From Candidatus Freyarchaeum deiterrae (GTDB taxonomy: Archaea; Asgardarchaeota; Jordiarchaeia; Jordiarchaeales; Jordiarchaeaceae): a stretch of 64,000 nucleotides of DNA. The DNA is taken from assembly GCA_037305845.1 (NCBI GenBank), contig CP147778.1, positions 2,080,001 to 2,144,000 on the forward strand, in the 5' to 3' direction. The translations under genes were made by a program, and so were the position numbers. Numbering within the stretch: position 1 is the stretch's first letter; the number at the start of each line of letters is the position of its first letter. The notes under the pieces are model-generated. The model ran no database searches and was not told the DNA's origin. It worked only from the letters and a program-made list of their open reading frames with translations. Positions 1 to 9,886 of the stretch are shown in pieces.

Positions 1-453
1 GTAGAAACGAGCAAAACTATCCAGTTGACTCCAGGGGTCTGGACCAGCGGTGAAATAGAAACTCCAATTAAAGAAGAATTAACCACTGGATTATACGTCC
101 AAAAAAACGGTGAAATTCTCTTCGATGATTTCAGAGACGAAATCTCAATTTTCATTAATGTTAAAAAAAAGGGTCTGATTATCCTTACCGGATGCGGACA
201 TACGGGAATAATGAACACGGTGAAAATGGCGCAAAAACTCTCTGGAATAAACAAAATCTACTCGTTGATTGGTGGCTATCACATGAATTGGGCAAGTAAA
301 GAGAGAATTGACAAGACTGTGGGCTTCCTTAAAAAATTGAACCCCGAAATTTTATGCGCAATGCATTGTTCCGGATTCAATTTTACAGCTAGACTTATGA
401 ACGAGATTCCGAACTCAGTTCTAGGAATAGTAGGTACTGTTTTCAACCTCTAA
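1..453 (+). CDS. MBL-fold metallo-hydrolase (7,8-dihydropterin-6-yl-methyl-RFA-P synthase-like), 5'-truncated by the window edge
   Basis: Motifs FRDE, LTGCGHTG, IGGYH and AMHCSG are typical of the C-terminal half of this MBL family; the frame is open from base 1. Confidence 0.75.
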   Translation, partial: VETSKTIQLTPGVWTSGEIETPIKEELTTGLYVQKNGEILFDDFRDEISIFINVKKKGLIILTGCGHTGIMNTVKMAQKLSGINKIYSLIGGYHMNWASKERIDKTVGFLKKLNPEILCAMHCSGFNFTARLMNEIPNSVLGIVGTVFNL

Positions 454-693
454 CAATTAGTTAAAAAACAAAAATACACTTCACACTATCTCGATTTTAA
501 TTTAGACCAAGTTGCCAAGTCACTATATATTATAGAAGCTCTAGAAACAGAAGGGAAGAAGCGAAATTCCCTTATCCAAAAAGGGAACGTATTGCCGTTT
601 TAATATGGACAGAAGGAAAACTCTAATATAGCGAGGTTCATACTTCAAACGCTGCCCTCCCTTTTTGCTACGCGTTGGGGAAATTTTCTTTTT

Positions 694-969
694 TTAAGAA
701 ATGATAATTTGAATTTTTTCTATGGCTGGTTCACATACTTTCCTTACGCCGTGTTCCCCAGGTTCATAGTGAGATTTCAGCAGTCCGGCTTTTTCTAAGA
801 TTTTGACCTGAGCCGAAACATTGGCTTCTGTCTGTTTGAGGGTTTCAGCTATTCTGCTAACGTCCATCTTTTTTTCTCTGAGGAGTCTTAAAATCTCCCA
901 TCTTGTTTGGGACGCTAGGGCTTTTGCAATTTTAGCTACTTCTTCATTTTTAACAGTCAGTTCTGACAT
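694..969 (-). CDS. ArsR-family winged-helix transcriptional regulator
   Basis: KALASQTRWEILRLL...VSRIAETLKQTEANVSAQVKILEKAGLL; ATG at 969 follows a GGTGAGG SD. Confidence 0.85.
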   Translation of the reverse strand: MSELTVKNEEVAKIAKALASQTRWEILRLLREKKMDVSRIAETLKQTEANVSAQVKILEKAGLLKSHYEPGEHGVRKVCEPAIEKIQIIIS

Positions 970-1459
970 TATCCTCACCATTTTTTAATTTTACTTAAAA
1001 AGATAGTATATTATAATTCTTTATAAATTTATCCTATTTAACAATATATTTTTAGTATATCCTTTATGTAATACAATTTCTTATGAAATTAGTACTTTAA
1101 ATCCTCAACTTTTTTCTCTTTAGTATACCTTTAAAATTTTCACATATGTTTAAGTATGTTTATTTTACCTTTTTTCATTTGATTAATTTAACTTTCAAAC
1201 CAATTTCTTAATTTGATAATTTGTATACCAAAAGCAAAATTTTTAATTTTAATATTTATCGCTAAGAATTAGCAAAAAAGTCCAATTCATTTAACGCTTT
1301 GGCACTTTAAAATCTAATAATTAGGTTCAACTTCTTTCTCTTTAGCCACGCCGTGTCCCCTACAAAAAAATGGTAATAGAAGAAGTTGATAACTTCCAGA
1401 TTCGATAGAGCTTATCATTTTATTGCTGGGTCTCGCTTTCTTACTTTTCACTAATTAGC

Positions 1460-1969
1460 TTACCAGTGTTCATATCGTACCAGTTCAGACAAATTTTTGC
1501 GTTTCTTCGCCCCCGGCTTATCAGCTGGATACCCTAGAGGTGTGAAAACTATAGGTTCCACTCCTTCAGGCAGTCTCAGCACTTCCCGTGCCGCCGAGGT
1601 GTCGAAGGTAGCAATCCAGCATGTGCCGAGTCCCAGTTCCGTGGCCGCTAGGATCAGGTGATCCATGGCAATGGCCACATCCACCTCGCAGTAGTTCTTA
1701 TCATCCCACCGTGTCCAAGCTTTCGACGGGATTCCACAGGCACAAATGACTACCGGTGCTTTGAAGAAATAATCCGCCTTGCAAATACGCCTCAACTCCT
1801 GTTCCCGTCCTGCTGTGTGTACAGCAATGAACTGAAAAGGCTGCAGGTTAACTGCTGATGGGGCTAGACGCGCCGCATCAAGCACCTGCTGCAGCTTTTC
1901 ATCCTCGACTGGAGTAGTTTGAAACTTCCGAACACTATATCTTTTTTTGATCAATTCACTGAAATCCAT
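1460..1969 (-). CDS. Nitroreductase family protein
   Basis: KRYSVRKF, ARLAPSAVNLQP, LAATELGLGTCWI. Confidence 0.9.
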   Translation of the reverse strand: MDFSELIKKRYSVRKFQTTPVEDEKLQQVLDAARLAPSAVNLQPFQFIAVHTAGREQELRRICKADYFFKAPVVICACGIPSKAWTRWDDKNYCEVDVAIAMDHLILAATELGLGTCWIATFDTSAAREVLRLPEGVEPIVFTPLGYPADKPGAKKRKNLSELVRYEHW

Positions 1970-2268
1970 TATACTCCTCCTTTTTCAATTCTATTCCACT
2001 TTTGGCTTAGCTTTTCCTTATAATAGTTGATAATAGCATTGACCAGATTGACAGCCCCTAAACATGGATATGCAAAAATCCTCGATTCGATTCTCCCATT
2101 TTGTAACTAGTAAATTATTACATACTTATAGTGAAAAAGAATTTTTTTAACACTTGCCCTTGAATGACTACTGGTAATAGTAGTTTAAACTCACTTTCAG
2201 GAAAAAGGAAAATAAAGAGAAATTTAGAAAAAGTACATTATTATTGAAACTAAAAAAGCTACTATACA

Positions 2269-3609
2269 TTAAAGTACTGGCAGATACTTTGACCACTCCC
2301 AGCTTGTTACCGTCATAGTGAATTCTTTCCATTCTTCCTTTTTTCCTTCGATGAATCTAGTGAAAACATGTTCTCCTAATGCTTCTTTGGCTATCGCACT
2401 TTTTTCTGTAAGTTCTATTGCCTCGCCAAGTGATCCTGGGAGTTGATCGATGTAAAACTCTTTTAATTTTGCTTCATCAAATTCATAAACATCTTCGTCC
2501 ACTGGGTCTGGTGGTTCTATCTTATTTTTCATTCCTTCAAGACCCGCCTTGAGCATCACTGCGAATGCTAGATAGGGATTACATGAAGAGTCTGGACACC
2601 GAAGCTCTACTCTTAGAGATTTTTCTCTTCCTAGGAAGTATTCGGGAACCCTTATCAAAGCCGATCTGTTTCTTCGCCCCCAGCAGATGTAGACTGGTGC
2701 CTCATATCCCGGAACTAGTCTTTTGTAGGAGTTTACTGTAGGTGCTAATATTGATATTATCTCTTTTATGTATTTTAGCTGACCGCCGATGAAGTAAAGT
2801 GCGTTTTCAGAAAGGCTGTATTTTCCGCTTTTATCAAAGAAAGCGTTTTTATCCTTGTTCCAAAGACTCTCATGAACGTGCATCCCAGAGCCATTTATCC
2901 CGAAGAGTGGCTTTGGCATAAATGATGCAAAGAGGTTATGCTTTTTGGCGATGGCCTTTAATACATATTTATAAGTTAATACGGCATCCGCAACGCGTAA
3001 AGCATCACCATACCTGAAGTCGATTTCATGCTGTCCGGGCGCCACCTCATGGTGCCCCATCTCAACCTGTATCCCCATCTCTCCAAGAGTAGCTGCCGCT
3101 TCTCCACGAACATCGAACGCTAAGTCTAGAGGCGCGAGATCGAAGTAGCCTCCTTTGTCTTGAGGCACAGGCTCTAGTCCGTCTAATTGTTTGAATAGGA
3201 AGAATTCTAATTCTGGTCCTACTAAGTAATTAAATCCCATTTTCTTTGCTTCATCTAGGCTTCTTTTTAGAATGTTTCTAGGGTCTCCTTCAAACGGTTT
3301 ACCCTCAGGTCGATACACATCACAAAAAATTGTGGCCACTTTTTTATCTGTTATTCTTGGAGATAGTATCGTGAAGGATGAAGGATCAGGAATTAATCTC
3401 ATGTCGCTTTCATAGATTCTTGCGAATCCCTCTACCGAGGATCCGTCAAAGCCTACACCGTTATCTAAAGCTTCCTCTATTTCTCTAGGAGGAATTGCGC
3501 AAGTTTTTGGGGTGCCGAATATATCTACAAATTGTAAGGTTATGAGACTTATTTCATTTGAACTCACTTTCTCAATTATCTGTTGCTTCAGTTCTTCTTT
3601 GGATTGCAT
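2269..3609 (-). CDS. glnA: Glutamine synthetase type I (GSI-alpha-like)
   Basis: FDGSSVEGF, GPELEFFLF, HHEVAPGQHEIDF, FMPKP..GINGSGMHVH, NSYKRLVPGYEAP, NRSALIRVP; an alternative GTG start lies at 3618. Confidence 0.95.
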   Translation of the reverse strand: MQSKEELKQQIIEKVSSNEISLITLQFVDIFGTPKTCAIPPREIEEALDNGVGFDGSSVEGFARIYESDMRLIPDPSSFTILSPRITDKKVATIFCDVYRPEGKPFEGDPRNILKRSLDEAKKMGFNYLVGPELEFFLFKQLDGLEPVPQDKGGYFDLAPLDLAFDVRGEAAATLGEMGIQVEMGHHEVAPGQHEIDFRYGDALRVADAVLTYKYVLKAIAKKHNLFASFMPKPLFGINGSGMHVHESLWNKDKNAFFDKSGKYSLSENALYFIGGQLKYIKEIISILAPTVNSYKRLVPGYEAPVYICWGRRNRSALIRVPEYFLGREKSLRVELRCPDSSCNPYLAFAVMLKAGLEGMKNKIEPPDPVDEDVYEFDEAKLKEFYIDQLPGSLGEAIELTEKSAIAKEALGEHVFTRFIEGKKEEWKEFTMTVTSWEWSKYLPVL

Positions 3610-3630
3610 TTCTTCCACCTTTATACTAGA

Positions 3631-3747
3631 TTTTGTAATTCTCTTTTTAATGTAGTAACTGATATGATTATATTTTTAAATATTTATCAGGTTCTGTAAC
3701 TTTTTTTTAATGTAGTAACTGGTATAATTATATCTATAAATTTCTGT
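3631..3747. repeat. Tandem ~60-bp imperfect duplication upstream of glnA
   Basis: TTTTTAATGTAGTAACTG(A/G)TAT(G/A)ATTATAT occurs at ~3644 and ~3704, exactly 60 bp apart. Confidence 0.85.
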
Positions 3748-3870
3748 TTTTTCTGAATAAATGTTTACCAATTATGATTTCTACTGAACATATATCCAAA
3801 AAGCCCTTATTGTTTAGATTAAAACGTCTAGTAATTGGGAGTTAAAAGAAGATATAAAAATAGAATGCAG

Positions 3871-4314
3871 TTATAAGAGTTCAAAATTTTCTTTTATAGT
3901 GTTTAAAACCACATGCGTGTTGGCTCTTTGCACGTTAGGGATTGCCAATATACTTTTTGTGAAGTTACTAAGCTCATTTCTATCTCTAAACTTAGCAATG
4001 ATAATTGCATCGACCTCTCCGGTTACATCGTACACCGCGCAAGTGGAGGGATTTTTAGAGATCTCTTTGTCCGCATCAAGCATTTTGCCTTGAGAAACAG
4101 TAATTTCGGTTACCACCGTTAGGTCAAATCCGAGTTTTTCATGATCTAAAACAGCGGTGTAACCTTTAATTACTCCCTCTTCTTCCATCTTTTTAGTTCT
4201 GGATACAACAGTTCCCACAGATACACCAATTTTTTTCGCTATCTCTCTATGAGATTGTCTTGAGTTTTCGAGTATTTCTTTTAGTATTTTCTTATCGATG
4301 TCATCTATAGTCAA
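3871..4314 (-). CDS. Lrp/AsnC family transcriptional regulator
   Basis: N-terminal HTH (IDDIDKKILKEILENSRQSHREIAKKIGVS) plus RAM domain (VYDVTGEVD). Confidence 0.92.
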   Translation of the reverse strand: MTIDDIDKKILKEILENSRQSHREIAKKIGVSVGTVVSRTKKMEEEGVIKGYTAVLDHEKLGFDLTVVTEITVSQGKMLDADKEISKNPSTCAVYDVTGEVDAIIIAKFRDRNELSNFTKSILAIPNVQRANTHVVLNTIKENFELL

Positions 4315-4375
4315 GGATTATAACACCCCTAAAACGACTTACCGTATTCAAATACTTAATATTTTTCCGGAATAG

Positions 4376-4389
4376 TGAACAAATGTTCA
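4376..4389. promoter_or_regulatory. Palindromic operator-like site TGAACA-AA-TGTTCA
   Basis: Perfect 6-2-6 inverted repeat ~60 bp upstream of the Lrp gene; the identical 14-mer recurs at 59477-59490. Confidence 0.5.
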
Positions 4390-4600
4390 AAACCAATTCA
4401 TACTAGTTGATTTGATACCTATAATTTTTTTTATTTTAACAATCAGACAGCATAGTGGCTACTGAAATGTGGCAGACTTTTTATCAAGTTTTTAAAATTA
4501 GAGTAGTAGTTATAAACCCTTATTATCTTCATAATTTAGGAGGTTAATATATAAAAGCCCCAAAATAATAGTGTGTTGCTTTTAATTGGAGGTTTTTAGG

Positions 4601-5629
4601 TTGGACGAAGAAATACAGGTGTGGACTGAAAAGTATAGGCCTAAACAGCTGAATCAGATAGTGAATCAGAAGGAGATTAAGAGTCGTTTAGAGAGTTTCG
4701 TTGCTCAAAGGGATCTGCCGCATTGTCTCTTTGCGGGTCCTCCTGGTACTGGAAAGACTACAGCGGCTCTTTGTCTGGCTCATGGAATGTTCGGAGAATA
4801 TGTTCAAGGTAATTTTCTTGAGCTGAATGCTAGTGACGCCCGAGGAATTGATGTGATTAGGACTACCGTTAAAGATTTTGCTAGAACCATGTCTATGGGT
4901 GATATTCCATTTAAGATTCTGGTTTTGGATGAAGCTGACGCGCTCACCACAGAGGCTCAGCAGGCTCTGAGACGTACTATGGAACGCTTCACACGTACAT
5001 GCCGTTTCATTTTAATTGTGAATTATTCCAGTAGGATAATTGAACCCATACAGTCTAGGTGTGCCCTATTCCGTTTTCCTCGCCTTAGTAGAGAGGATAT
5101 CGCAGGTATGCTTAAAACCATCTCTGATAAAGAGGGTGTGAAGCTTGAGGATGATGGGATTGAGGCGGTTTTGTATGTTTCCGAGGGGGATATGCGAAAG
5201 GCGATTAACACTCTTCAGGCTGCTTCCGCTTATGGCGAATCGGTTAATGCGGACTCGGTATACAAAGTTACTGGTAAGGCGAGACCTGAGGAAGTTAGGG
5301 AGATGTTGGAATTATCTCTAAAGGGAGATTTTGTTCAAGCTAGAGAAAAATTACATGAACTTTTGATAAACTATGGTCTCTCAGGAGTTGATGTTGTTAG
5401 ACAGGTGCACCGAGAAACTTTTAACATTGAGATTCCGGAAACTTGGAAGGTGCGTATAGCAAATATTGTGGGCGAAATTGATTTTCGCATGAGTGAAGGG
5501 GCTAATGAGGAGATTCAGCTAAGCGCTTTACTCGCCCAATTCAGTCTTGCTGGTCAGGAAATAGAAGAAGAGGAAGAAGTAGCTGAAGAAGAGGCGGGAA
5601 AGAAGAAGGAGAAGTCGAAGAAGAATTGA
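4601..5629 (+). CDS. rfcS: Replication factor C small subunit
   Basis: WTEKYRP, GPPGTGKT, LELNASDARG, LDEAD, SRC motif; TTG start after GGAGG. Confidence 0.95.
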   Translation: MDEEIQVWTEKYRPKQLNQIVNQKEIKSRLESFVAQRDLPHCLFAGPPGTGKTTAALCLAHGMFGEYVQGNFLELNASDARGIDVIRTTVKDFARTMSMGDIPFKILVLDEADALTTEAQQALRRTMERFTRTCRFILIVNYSSRIIEPIQSRCALFRFPRLSREDIAGMLKTISDKEGVKLEDDGIEAVLYVSEGDMRKAINTLQAASAYGESVNADSVYKVTGKARPEEVREMLELSLKGDFVQAREKLHELLINYGLSGVDVVRQVHRETFNIEIPETWKVRIANIVGEIDFRMSEGANEEIQLSALLAQFSLAGQEIEEEEEVAEEEAGKKKEKSKKN

Positions 5630-5657
5630 AAATAATGGGAAAAACTTAGAATAGGTA

Positions 5658-6929
5658 ATGGTGAGTTCAATGAGTTTACCTTGGACTGAAAAGTACAAGC
5701 CTCTCAAAATATCCGAGGTCGCAGGAAACGAAAAGGCGTTGTCTGAACTAGTGAATTTTTTGAGGGCTTGGAAAAGGGATGCGAGAAAAAAGGCTTTACT
5801 GCTGTACGGCTCTCCTGGAACTGGTAAGACGGTTTCTGTTTATGCGGCAGCCAAGGATTTGGGGTTTGAACTTGTGGAAGTAAACGCGAGTGATAAGAGG
5901 AACCTAGAGATGATTCAACGCACTATTGGATCTGCTGCAACCATGAGCTCACTGTTTCCAGTTAAGGGTAAGGTGTTACTAGTAGATGAGGTAGATGGGC
6001 TAAGTGGAACTGAGGATAGGGGAGGAGTCGGTGCAATAATATCGGTGATAAAGAGTTCTGAGTATCCTATTGTACTTACGGCTAATAATCCTTGGGACCC
6101 TAAATTCTCATCACTACGTGCATATTGCGAAATGATATCCTTTGATAAGATAAGAGCCCCTACTGTCCGCAAAGTGCTTCGGAGAATATGTGAGCGTGAG
6201 GGTATTCGAGTGGATGAACCCGTTTTAGAGGCTTTATCTACTAAAGCTGAGGGGGATTTGCGTGCTGCGATTAACGATTTACAAGCTTTGAGTCAGAATA
6301 AAACTGATTTAACAATAAAAGATGTAAAAATATACTCACGAGACAAAATAAAAAGCATATTTGAGGCACTAGGTAAAATGTTTGGGGGGAGTAAAGCCCA
6401 GTTGATTGTTAATGAGGTTTCTTCAACTGATGTGGATTATGAGCTAATGATACACTGGATCAATGAAAACATTCCTCAGCATATGAGCGATGCGAAAGAA
6501 CTGAGTGACGCTTATAATATGATATCTAGAGCGGATGTTTTTCTTGGCAGGATTAAAAGTAGACAACACTGGGGACTACTCTCATACGTTTTTGAACTCA
6601 TGTCCGCTGGAGTCTCTTTATCGAGAACGGTTAGTAAAACACACTATGTTAAGTACCAATTTCCTAGCTGGATAAGGAATTTGAGCAGAACCAGAGTCAC
6701 GCGTAGCAAATTATCATCCATAGGAATGAAGATAGGAAGTAAGTGTCATATCTCTTCATCTGGAGGGGTGGAGTATTATCTCCCGTATTTGGAAATAATT
6801 TTTCAAGCTGACCCTATAAGAGCTGCTAAAATATCTAAATTCTTCGAGTTCGAAGAGGAGCTTATTGAGAAAATTGCAGGCGATAAGAAGACGTACAACA
6901 AGATAATAAAAGAGTTAAAGAAGGAATGA
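5658..6929 (+). CDS. rfcL: Replication factor C large subunit
   Basis: PWTEKYKP, GSPGTGKT, EVNASDKR, VDEVDG; adjacent to rfcS. Confidence 0.93.
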   Translation: MVSSMSLPWTEKYKPLKISEVAGNEKALSELVNFLRAWKRDARKKALLLYGSPGTGKTVSVYAAAKDLGFELVEVNASDKRNLEMIQRTIGSAATMSSLFPVKGKVLLVDEVDGLSGTEDRGGVGAIISVIKSSEYPIVLTANNPWDPKFSSLRAYCEMISFDKIRAPTVRKVLRRICEREGIRVDEPVLEALSTKAEGDLRAAINDLQALSQNKTDLTIKDVKIYSRDKIKSIFEALGKMFGGSKAQLIVNEVSSTDVDYELMIHWINENIPQHMSDAKELSDAYNMISRADVFLGRIKSRQHWGLLSYVFELMSAGVSLSRTVSKTHYVKYQFPSWIRNLSRTRVTRSKLSSIGMKIGSKCHISSSGGVEYYLPYLEIIFQADPIRAAKISKFFEFEEELIEKIAGDKKTYNKIIKELKKE

Positions 6930-6932
6930 GCG

Positions 6933-7766
6933 TCACCGAGCCTTTTCAAGAGCGTGTATCATTGCTGAACACACTCGGGCTCCTGTTCTCTTGCGAACAT
7001 AGTTTTTGTATAATGTTTTTAAAAACATATTTTTACTGACTTCGTCAACCTGAAAATCGAACGAATATTTAATGTCAAACAGAATTAGACCGTACGGATC
7101 CGCTGGATTCACTCCACCTCTCGGTTTATAATCCGGATCTAACAAATCAATGAGGTATTGTAATGGTTTTTCACCCGAGCCAATTTCACGGAGTGTAGTA
7201 ACCGTTTTGCGTATCATTTTCCAAAGGAATCCTTTGGATGTAAAAGTGAAAATTAGTAGCTCGCCTTCCTTTTCAATTTTTGATTCGTAAAGTGTTCTGA
7301 TAGTTCTTTCGTTTGGTTTTGGAGTGCACAGGTTCTTGAAATTATGAGTTCCTTTTAGTAGGGAGGCGGCTTTCTTCAATGCTCTTAGATTTTCTCTTTC
7401 ATAAACGGCATAATATTTGTAGGTGCGGCGTATGGCATCTCTTCGGGGATTGAACTCTTCTGGGACTTGGGAGTAAGCCCAGCAGCGTATATCCTCTGGG
7501 AGATTGGTGTTTAGGGCGGGTAGAATTATCTTTTCCTGGGTGTTGAATGCTATTGTCTGGCTAAGGGCGTTTACACCCTGATCTGTACGCCCCGCGTTAT
7601 TGTAATTTGATGCTTCGGAGCTGCTAATCCAACCTATTTTCTCTAAAGTTTCGATTAGTACTCCCTCAATAGTTTTCATATTGGGCTGTCTTTGGAAACC
7701 GTAGTAATTTTCACCGATATACGCCAGCCTAACCGCGTATCGCAATTGATTCTCGTCTCCTAGCAT
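6933..7766 (-). CDS. truA: tRNA pseudouridine(38-40) synthase
   Basis: YIGENYYGFQRQP, AGRTDQGV catalytic motif, GFLWKMIR. Confidence 0.92.
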   Translation of the reverse strand: MLGDENQLRYAVRLAYIGENYYGFQRQPNMKTIEGVLIETLEKIGWISSSEASNYNNAGRTDQGVNALSQTIAFNTQEKIILPALNTNLPEDIRCWAYSQVPEEFNPRRDAIRRTYKYYAVYERENLRALKKAASLLKGTHNFKNLCTPKPNERTIRTLYESKIEKEGELLIFTFTSKGFLWKMIRKTVTTLREIGSGEKPLQYLIDLLDPDYKPRGGVNPADPYGLILFDIKYSFDFQVDEVSKNMFLKTLYKNYVRKRTGARVCSAMIHALEKAR

Positions 7767-7829
7767 TATGAATTTAAAACAAGATAAAACTTATTCAGAT
7801 TCCATTTTCTAGAATTCCTTTTTACCAAC

Positions 7830-8621
7830 TCAAATTTTAATATGAATAGATATTTTCTCCGGATTTTCTATATTCTTTAGAGTTGATAGCATTCCTCGGA
7901 TTGTCCCGCTGATAATTCTTTGTACGAAAGGATTAATCACAACCTTTCCCCCATTAACGTACAATACGGTTTGAGCCGCGTTTTGGGGGCATGCGGTTAG
8001 ATTAGCTTCGCCTTGTATAAGAGCCTTGGCGTATTCGTCGCAGTTTGGATATCCACACGCCGCACATGTTTTCTTTTCTAATCGGTTAATCACTTCATCC
8101 ACAAATCTGGATAGTACCAAATTAGCTAGCTCGTCTGCTTTTGAGACTACGGGAATATCCGAATGAGCTTCTCTTATCCTTTCTTTTTCTACCTCATTTT
8201 CTGTTATTGCACCAACTACCGCAATGACTAGATTTTCAGTGAAAAGGTCAAAAACTTGGTCTGCGGTTTCCGCCGCAATTATCCGGGGGTATTTTTCTTC
8301 ACGGAATCCTTCCAAAATTATTATGTCTGCGAACGGTGCGACCATATTCAAAGCGCTGTCTAAAGATTTTCCTGGGGTAATTAAAACAAAACTTCTATCC
8401 GTGAGAGCACCACAAACATCAGCTCCAGCTTCCAGATACCTCTCTGTATCCTTGGAGTCTAGTGCACCTTGTGTATCGTATTTCACTTCATACTCATTAT
8501 ATGAGGATGCATGCTTTATGGCAGCTACACGGAAACCTCTTTTCTTGAATTCTTCGATTAAACTAATACTGGTTGAGGTTTTACCCACATGTCTCTGAAA
8601 TCCAACTATTTGGAAAATCAT
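7830..8621 (-). CDS. mobB: Molybdopterin-guanine dinucleotide biosynthesis protein B with C-terminal Fe-S domain
   Basis: VGKT P-loop, VAAIKH, ILEGF; CAACGYPNC...CP Fe-S motif; divergent from the moa/moe operon. Confidence 0.85.
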   Translation of the reverse strand: MIFQIVGFQRHVGKTSTSISLIEEFKKRGFRVAAIKHASSYNEYEVKYDTQGALDSKDTERYLEAGADVCGALTDRSFVLITPGKSLDSALNMVAPFADIIILEGFREEKYPRIIAAETADQVFDLFTENLVIAVVGAITENEVEKERIREAHSDIPVVSKADELANLVLSRFVDEVINRLEKKTCAACGYPNCDEYAKALIQGEANLTACPQNAAQTVLYVNGGKVVINPFVQRIISGTIRGMLSTLKNIENPEKISIHIKI

Positions 8622-8851
8622 ATTATTCCATCCTTTTTATGAGAGATTAAGCATTAATATTAAAAATTATATTGTTGATTATAAACGTAATTAAACTCCT
8701 TACAATTAAAAGGATAACTCTGATTTATTCCATATGAATCGAAGTTTTAGTGTAGAAACTTAAAGGTGATGGCGACTATTGGAATAGTTTTTATTTCTTG
8801 GAGTTTATGGTTTTCTCTAGATTTAGAGATAAACGTGGAGGATGGAACTCT

Positions 8852-9322
8852 TTGAGTATAGATATGGCGGATATCGGCGGGAAAGAAGACGTTATACGCG
8901 TCGCGCACACTAAGGGTACTATCAAACTTAAATCTGAAACAGTTAAGAGGATTAGAGAGAAAACGCTGGGTAAAGGGGATGTTATTACCACTGCTCAGAT
9001 AGCAGGTATTCTAGCAGCTAAAAAAACTCCGGAGTTAATACCCTTGTGCCATCCGATTCCAATAACCAAAATCGATGTACAACTCTCCGTAGGAGAAAGT
9101 GAAGTTACTGTTGAATCTACAGTCCAGTCATTTTCCAAAACAGGAGTGGAGATGGAAGCATTAGTTGCAACCTCGGTGGCTCTTCTTACAGTGTGGGACA
9201 TGGTTAAACCCTACGAAAAAGACCAAGAAGGTCAGTATCCTGACACGAGTATAGAAGAAATTAGAGTAGTGAGAAAAATCAAGTCTCCAACAAAAAAGCA
9301 GTCTAGGGGAGAAAAGCAATGA
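8852..9322 (+). CDS. moaC: Cyclic pyranopterin monophosphate synthase
   Basis: KGDV, LIPLCHP, TGVEMEAL, WDMVK; likely TTG start at 8852. Confidence 0.93.
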   Translation: MSIDMADIGGKEDVIRVAHTKGTIKLKSETVKRIREKTLGKGDVITTAQIAGILAAKKTPELIPLCHPIPITKIDVQLSVGESEVTVESTVQSFSKTGVEMEALVATSVALLTVWDMVKPYEKDQEGQYPDTSIEEIRVVRKIKSPTKKQSRGEKQ

Positions 9323-9852
9323 AACCCAAAAGCCACCACGAAAAGCACAGAGTGTCGACCGGGCCTCTCAATATCGGATTAATAATTATTAGTGATACAC
9401 GCTACCGGGAAATTCAAACTGGTACTCAGTGCAGCGACGAAAACGCTGGTATGGTAGAGAATTTGGTAAAAGAGGCAGGTCATAAATTGGTTTCGGTTTC
9501 TTTTGTTCCTGATGAAGCTGAAGATATACTTAAATCGGTTAATGAGTTGATTGAAAAAGGGGTACAGGTGATAATAACCTGTGGAGGAACCGGCCTTTCA
9601 CCAAGAGATATAACTATTGAAACTCTGAGCCCTCTTTTTGAGAAGAGTATAACTGGTTTCGGAGAGCTCTTCAGATTCGAAAGTTATAAAGACATTGGAA
9701 CGGCAGCTATGATAACCAGAGCAGAGGCAGGAACCTACCGTGGAGCCGTGGTTTTTTGTTTACCCGGCTCTCCTAATGCAGTACACACTGCCTGTACCTG
9801 TTTTATTCTTCCCGAGATTGAACATACAATCAACCATATGAAACAGAAATAA
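9319..9852 (+). CDS. moaB: Molybdenum cofactor biosynthesis protein B (MoaB/MogA)
   Basis: ISDT, GGTGLSPRDITIE, GFGELFR, LPGSP. Confidence 0.9.
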   Translation: MKPKSHHEKHRVSTGPLNIGLIIISDTRYREIQTGTQCSDENAGMVENLVKEAGHKLVSVSFVPDEAEDILKSVNELIEKGVQVIITCGGTGLSPRDITIETLSPLFEKSITGFGELFRFESYKDIGTAAMITRAEAGTYRGAVVFCLPGSPNAVHTACTCFILPEIEHTINHMKQK

Positions 9853-9886
9853 TAGTTTATGAACTTGAACTGGGAGAGAAATTAAC

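Noticed and set aside
540-690. Structured intergenic region or ~40-codon minus-strand ORF downstream of the ArsR gene
   Set aside because: Only a short hairpin (TTCCCTT/AAGGGAA) and no recognisable RNA family or protein motif.
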